From IMG/VR virus record IMGVR_UViG_3300043442_000948: a stretch of 64,000 nucleotides of DNA, one strand, 5' to 3'. Of this stretch, positions 59,621 to 64,000 are shown piece after piece. Positions within the stretch are counted from its first letter, which is position 1. Every line of letters starts with the position of its first letter. The DNA is from an uncultured virus (IMG/VR IMGVR_UViG_3300043442_000948) (lineage: Duplodnaviria; Heunggongvirae; Uroviricota; Caudoviricetes). Under the pieces are notes generated by a model that worked only from the letters and a program-made list of their open reading frames with translations, made no database searches and was not told the DNA's origin. The translations under genes were made by a program, and so were the position numbers.

Positions 59621-59827
59621 TTCGCCTAAAATCTCTTTTCCTCTTTTGGTTAGTCTGTATGGGGCTTTGTTACAAACAAGGCCCCTTTCTTTTAGACTTA
59701 CTAAAGCTACTGCGACATCTGCCTTACTGACAGAACAATCGGCTGGATATGCAATTGACTCTTTATCCCCGAAGGACAAGAGTACCTCTATCTCTGCTAC
59801 CGTTAAAGGGGTGCTGAAGCCTTTCAC
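59594..59827 (-). CDS. Small winged-helix protein
   Basis: L..L.ERGLV.....YRLT.RG...L. Confidence 0.6.
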   Translation of the reverse strand: MKGFSTPLTVAEIEVLLSFGDKESIAYPADCSVSKADVAVALVSLKERGLVCNKAPYRLTKRGKEILGELFSRDCNS

Positions 59828-61164
59828 GTAAATAACTCTCCTTTAGGAATGGTTATTTTACAGGTAGTCCTACCAGACTGCTGCTGCATGTTGGGTCCGT
59901 TACAGCTCAACCTGGATGTAGCGGCGCCTAATTGGTCATAGGAACAGTGGATTCGCCCAGTTGCAGGGTTAACATACTTCCGTAGGTCCATACCGTCCTG
60001 CTTGACCAATTTCTTGAAGTCTAGGATGGCTTTAACAACAGGAGTTAGCTGGAGTAACACAGATGATTCCAACTCTAGAAACTCGCTGTACAACTCTGCT
60101 TCTTCTGCATCAACAAAGACGTCTTCAGCGGTGGCTTGTCTGTTCTCTGAGGCGGCAAAGATGTCTAGCAACTCAAAGGCACGACGTAACCCTTCGGCCT
60201 GTGTGGAATCAAACTTCTCAAGTTTTAATCCAACGTTGATAAGTTTCAATAACTCCGTGCTAGACCGTAATTTGCCAAGTGCCTTGGGGGTAGGCTCTTC
60301 CTTTCCATTGCCAAGGTCAATCGGTTGGTCTAGATTAAATTCCCGGCTTAGATAAACCCCGACGGTTTTCATTTCTTCTTGGATGCCTTCTTGGAAGTAG
60401 CCCATCATCTTCTTGCTGGCAGGCATCCCGGTGTATTCCATTTTAGAGATTACAGATACCAGTTTCATTTCCCGTGCCAAGGCATCAGACATCCCAAGAC
60501 CCCACTCTTCACCGTGGTTACCTGTTGGGTTCAAGGCTGTGTGGGGCATTGGTGTGCATATCGTTTTAACTTGAATCTTTCTGATCGGAAACAGATACTG
60601 TACGTCGTTAGCCGCGTAAGTTAACTTCTTTACCCAGTACGCATTATTTAAGTGTCTTGCGCTGGGGTCTAGTGCCCAACTGCTAATTCGTTCATCCTTC
60701 TTCCCGGTGATGCGGACGTTCAGCAGCTCCCGGCAGATGTCGGCGTAGCTGTGCCCTATCTGTCTAGCGACTTTAGAACCAGTAGCGTTACCGACGAGCT
60801 TACTAGCCACAACAACATCAAAGACATTCTTGAACCACACTTTAAATTCGTTATACAGAAACTTAAGGTCAAACTTTAGATTAGCCCCGATTAGGTATTC
60901 TGCCGACTGGAGCACCGCGGCTAGAGGCGCTGGGTCATAACCTAAGATTCTTAGGCAGGCAAGGTCAATTACAGTGGGCGCATTATTTTCTTCCTTAAGA
61001 ATTAACAGGCTCGCTTCGGATGTATGGCAGTCTAAAGCTGAGCCATTATATTGGTATTGTTTTTTAACTGCGGTTTCTGTATCTAGGGCTAGCGGCTGCT
61101 TGTCGCCGGCCTTTTTCTGTAGATACGTTCCGTAGGCTTCTAAAGTGTTGACGTAATCAAACAT
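59824..61164 (-). CDS. polA: Family A DNA polymerase, N-terminal part (3'-5' exonuclease, thumb, start of palm)
   Basis: LDTET (ExoI), NLKFD (ExoII), YAAND (ExoIII), GRIHCSYDQLGAATSRLSCNGPNMQ. Confidence 0.9.
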   Translation of the reverse strand: MFDYVNTLEAYGTYLQKKAGDKQPLALDTETAVKKQYQYNGSALDCHTSEASLLILKEENNAPTVIDLACLRILGYDPAPLAAVLQSAEYLIGANLKFDLKFLYNEFKVWFKNVFDVVVASKLVGNATGSKVARQIGHSYADICRELLNVRITGKKDERISSWALDPSARHLNNAYWVKKLTYAANDVQYLFPIRKIQVKTICTPMPHTALNPTGNHGEEWGLGMSDALAREMKLVSVISKMEYTGMPASKKMMGYFQEGIQEEMKTVGVYLSREFNLDQPIDLGNGKEEPTPKALGKLRSSTELLKLINVGLKLEKFDSTQAEGLRRAFELLDIFAASENRQATAEDVFVDAEEAELYSEFLELESSVLLQLTPVVKAILDFKKLVKQDGMDLRKYVNPATGRIHCSYDQLGAATSRLSCNGPNMQQQSGRTTCKITIPKGELFT

Positions 61165-61168
61165 AAGG

Positions 61169-61191
61169 AAAAGGGCACCAGTTGGTGCCCC
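61169..61191 (-). terminator. Terminator-like hairpin immediately before the polA N-part start
   Basis: GGGCACCA-AC-TGGTGCCC-TTTT. Confidence 0.65.
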
Positions 61192-61197
61192 TGTGCT

Positions 61198-62178
61198 TTA
61201 GTACTCGATATCGAAGGCTGGAACTGGAAACAGCGGTTTGCTTACTTTACCAACAGTCTTGGACTTTACGATGGTGCCATCTAGATATTTCTTTAGACAC
61301 CACTGGACACCGCAGTAGAAGTCAATACTAGTGGTAAAGTTGCTAATTTTACGGTAGCGAAGAACCATGTTACGCAGTAGAATAGCTGGAATCTCTGTTT
61401 CAGAAGTAGACATACCGGTGTCCACGACTTCCATAAACCGTTGGAGTTTCTTTTTGTCCACACCGTTTAAGTAGGCTCGAACAATGATTGCTCGGTAGGC
61501 AGCGAACAGAATCGGTTCCCGGCAGAATGCCCGAGAAGCAAAGTCAATCGCTTCTTTATACTCAACGTAGTTGTTGATAAGCTTAAGCCGGTTTAAGTAC
61601 CGCAGCTCCCGGCGGCTTTGGTTAGGCTGAAGAAAACAGTACCTTGAGATAGAAATCTTGGTGGCGGATACTTCAATGCCACTCATCTGAGCGCTCTGTG
61701 CAACCGAACGTCCGTTACCGCTGTCGATGGTGCTAATAGCTTCCCGCTCAACACCACTAACCATCATGATTTTAACTTTGGTTCCCGGCTTAACCTTATT
61801 AGCTTCGATAATAGCAGTCAGGCGGTGTTGACCATTGATTAAGTAACCTTCCTTATCTAGGCTGATGGTCTCGCCGTTCATATACCACTGGTTTTCTAGA
61901 ATCATTTCTTTATAGCGGCTTATATAAGTGTCGCTTAGCCGTCGGTTGCGCACCTTTCCTTTTGCTTTTTCCAGCAGTGCCTTGGCACGCTCGGCGTCAA
62001 CTTCTTCAATCCAAGATTGGATGCCGGTCTCTGCGTCATTGATTAAAGTGGTGCTCATAATACTTTGAGTATTCGGTGGGGTAGGATTAACAGCTGGAGC
62101 AGAAGGTTGGTTCATCACCTTAGGTTCACTCTTGGTGCTGGACTTCTTCAGGTCTACTACTGTCGGACGGACGATCAT
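61198..62178 (-). CDS. ParB/Srx-like (DGQHR-type) protein
   Basis: NRRLS...Y...W..NGETI....G.LINGQHRL.AI...ID.G..RS. Confidence 0.75.
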   Translation of the reverse strand: MIVRPTVVDLKKSSTKSEPKVMNQPSAPAVNPTPPNTQSIMSTTLINDAETGIQSWIEEVDAERAKALLEKAKGKVRNRRLSDTYISRYKEMILENQWYMNGETISLDKEGYLINGQHRLTAIIEANKVKPGTKVKIMMVSGVEREAISTIDSGNGRSVAQSAQMSGIEVSATKISISRYCFLQPNQSRRELRYLNRLKLINNYVEYKEAIDFASRAFCREPILFAAYRAIIVRAYLNGVDKKKLQRFMEVVDTGMSTSETEIPAILLRNMVLRYRKISNFTTSIDFYCGVQWCLKKYLDGTIVKSKTVGKVSKPLFPVPAFDIEY

Positions 62179-62413
62179 TGCTAAGCTCCTGATATTTGTT
62201 TTGGATATAGTTTAGCCAAATCTCGATGGCGTTTTGATTGGCGTAAACTTCTGCTTCTACATTTCTATAGACGTCGAGTATGCGAGCTTGTTTCTCTTCA
62301 GCCTGCTTTAGCTTGTTGTAGACGAAGGTAAGATACTTCTTCTCTTCGTTGTTCATTTTATCTATCAGCGGCTGTAAGTCTGACTCACTCAACGTCGACT
62401 GATTCTGGCTCAT
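62126..62413 (-). CDS. Coiled-coil hypothetical protein
   Basis: ORF tiling. Confidence 0.55.
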   Translation of the reverse strand: MSQNQSTLSESDLQPLIDKMNNEEKKYLTFVYNKLKQAEEKQARILDVYRNVEAEVYANQNAIEIWLNYIQNKYQELSNDRPSDSSRPEEVQHQE

Positions 62414-63374
62414 AGGTTAGCACTTTATCGATGAATAATTGCTTAACAGCGGGATTTTCATCTAGGAAGTCAGCGGCCCTTGCAGACCCTTGTCCTAGTT
62501 GATTGCCAGTAACTCCATAATTGGATAAGTCTACGCTAGACGTATACCAACTGCCTGACTTTTTAATGATACCCAACTCCACGCAAGTCAGCACTAGCGA
62601 CTCAGTGCGTTGTACAAGTCCATTAACAATAGGGATTTCACATTGTAGACCTGGGGTATAAGTCTTGTTCTTTTCTATCTTGACCTGGGTCATGATTCGA
62701 CCTGGGACGTTTTGTGACCGTACCGCATGGGTTAAACGCACCCGAATGCTAGCCATGTGTTTTAAGGCATGACCGCCGGGGGTGCTGACCCCACCATGCG
62801 GCGAGTTCAAGTTATCCCGAATCTGATTAATGAACACTAGCACGGCTTGGTTGTGCTCGATGTGGTCAGTAATCTTATTCTTAAGCCGGTTGATCATACC
62901 AGCAGGGCCGGCTACGTCCCGGGCTTCAGAGTCGTTGTCGAACTTGTCCTGGACGGACTTCGGTAACAACATAGCTACGGTGTCGATGATAATTAACTTG
63001 CAGCCGAGCTCGGCGGCTTCTACCGCTTGGTCAATAGCCATCTCTCCGTAGACAGGACGGGTGATAACAAACTGGTCATTGTTTAGCCCGTATTGCTCTA
63101 ACGAGTCCGAAGTAACAGTCTTTTCTAAGTCTTGGTATAGGACTGAATCTCCCCGCTCAACGGCGGCTTGCGCCATTGCTAGACAGATAGATGACTTACC
63201 GGCGGACTCTGGCCCGAATAACTCAACAATCCTTCCTAATGGAAGTCCACCACCTAAAACGCGGTCTAACGTAGCTACACCGCTACTAACCCGTTCTAGT
63301 TTGGGGATGCTGTCGTGACTGTATACTCCAGTTTTGTATTTCTTCTGGAGCATCTTAAGCAGTTCTGCGCTCAT
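62385..63374 (-). CDS. recA: RecA-like recombinase
   Basis: GGGLPLGRIVELFGPESAGKS, IIDTVA, FINQIR, TPGG.ALK..ASIR, KNK, KSGSWY, LGQG. Confidence 0.92.
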   Translation of the reverse strand: MSAELLKMLQKKYKTGVYSHDSIPKLERVSSGVATLDRVLGGGLPLGRIVELFGPESAGKSSICLAMAQAAVERGDSVLYQDLEKTVTSDSLEQYGLNNDQFVITRPVYGEMAIDQAVEAAELGCKLIIIDTVAMLLPKSVQDKFDNDSEARDVAGPAGMINRLKNKITDHIEHNQAVLVFINQIRDNLNSPHGGVSTPGGHALKHMASIRVRLTHAVRSQNVPGRIMTQVKIEKNKTYTPGLQCEIPIVNGLVQRTESLVLTCVELGIIKKSGSWYTSSVDLSNYGVTGNQLGQGSARAADFLDENPAVKQLFIDKVLTYEPESVDVE

Positions 63375-63379
63375 ATTGG

Positions 63380-63571
63380 TTAGTTGTAGTAGTCTGCTTC
63401 TTTGATATCACCTAGCTTTTCAGTGTCGGCGTTGATGCAGCCTGGCTTCTTAGCAAACTGGCACACTCGAGCCCATAGCCGCTCCCGGGTACCGGATGGC
63501 CCACAGGAGAACACTACTTTAGCTCCGTCTTCAATCGTTACACCACAGGCTGGGCATATTTCTTTGGACAA
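63380..63571 (-). CDS. Small Cys-rich protein of cyanobacterial type
   Basis: CPACGV.I....V.FS.G..GTRE.LWARVCQ....GCIN. Confidence 0.7.
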   Translation of the reverse strand: MSKEICPACGVTIEDGAKVVFSCGPSGTRERLWARVCQFAKKPGCINADTEKLGDIKEADYYN

Positions 63572-63644
63572 GGCTCACCTCGTTTTTTTGCTTTATTGTA
63601 GCTTAATTACTGCCTTCGCTTTTCTTTTTTTCTGTCTCTACTGT

Positions 63645-63658
63645 ACGAACGGTTCGTG
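63645..63658. promoter_or_regulatory. Palindrome ACGAAC-G-GTTCGTG in the divergent intergenic region upstream of the recA operon
   Basis: Same core as the other three copies. Confidence 0.55.
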
Positions 63659-63698
63659 CTCTGGTGTACTAAATGTAGGGTAGGTGTCTTTAAAAGTT

Positions 63699-64000
63699 AT
63701 GATTTACCCTATCGTTTATAACATACAGATTATCCGTCGGAGCAGTTTCGACCGTATCTTCAAAGTAAATCTTGAAGTAGACGTACCTTACGACCTTACT
63801 GGTAAGGACTTACTTTCCCAACTATGGGATCGGAAGCGGGAAGAGAAATATGCTGACTTCGATATTACTGTGATAAACGCGCCACTGGGCTCTTTTATGT
63901 TAAAGCTCACCTCGGCACAGACACTGCTGTTGCCTACGCTAGGAGTCTACGACGTCAAGGTTATCGACGGGGTTGATGAGTTCTATCTAATCAAAGGAAG
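63699..64000 (+). CDS. Partial structural protein (baseplate/BppU-like), runs off the window
   Basis: MIYPIVYNIQI.R.S.F...PYDLTG....Q.W...LT.AQT..L...VYDV...Y.I.G, translated by hand; not in the ORF track. Confidence 0.6.
   Translation, partial: MIYPIVYNIQIIRRSSFDRIFKVNLEVDVPYDLTGKDLLSQLWDRKREEKYADFDITVINAPLGSFMLKLTSAQTLLLPTLGVYDVKVIDGVDEFYLIKG

Noticed and set aside
55777..61164. Split intein or group I intron explaining the polA break
   Set aside because: The appended peptides are only ~14 and ~33 aa with no HINT motifs or HN/C-S-T junction, and the spacer holds several genes on both strands with no homing endonuclease. Not formally excluded without RT-PCR.
63645..63658. Canonical LexA SOS box upstream of recA
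   Set aside because: The 1-bp spacer fits neither GAAC-N4-GTTC nor the cyanobacterial RGTAC-N3-DGTWCB box; kept as an unknown palindrome
1..64000. Alternative genetic code, tRNA genes or prophage/host boundary
   Set aside because: Standard-code ORFs tile densely with all three stops in use; no cloverleaf, integrase or att site, or host housekeeping block was recognised

Overview
64 kb segment of a large dsDNA bacteriophage, most likely a lytic cyanophage. The host inference rests on cyanobacterial-type small genes, an AvaII/SinI-type methyltransferase, Dps and cyanophage-style tail fibres. No rRNA, tRNA, CRISPR array or IS element was recognised. Layout: (1) 1-17 kb, densely packed small mostly minus-strand ORFs with a phosphoesterase, a C5 DNA methyltransferase, RlpA and MazG; (2) 17-31.5 kb, a minus-strand nucleotide metabolism and replication block (nrdA/nrdB, HU-like, PD-(D/E)XK nuclease, RuvC-like, primase, SF2 helicase, putative SSB, DnaX-like clamp loader); (3) 31.5-48.5 kb, a plus-strand tail-fibre/receptor-binding module ending in four tandem ~305 aa paralogues; (4) 48.5-63.6 kb, Dps, SNF2 helicase, UDG-like, putative sliding clamp, endolysin/holin, a family A DNA polymerase split into two genes about 3 kb apart with a glycosyltransferase/methyltransferase/phosphoesterase cassette between them, a ParB-like gene and recA. 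Most notable: the intein-less split PolA with an apparent bacterial-type clamp and loader; a twice-repeated pseudoknot plus terminator element flanking one gene; a dispersed 15-bp palindrome; a repeated 29-bp promoter-like motif; and the four-paralogue array. All family assignments are by-eye motif recognition, not database searches.
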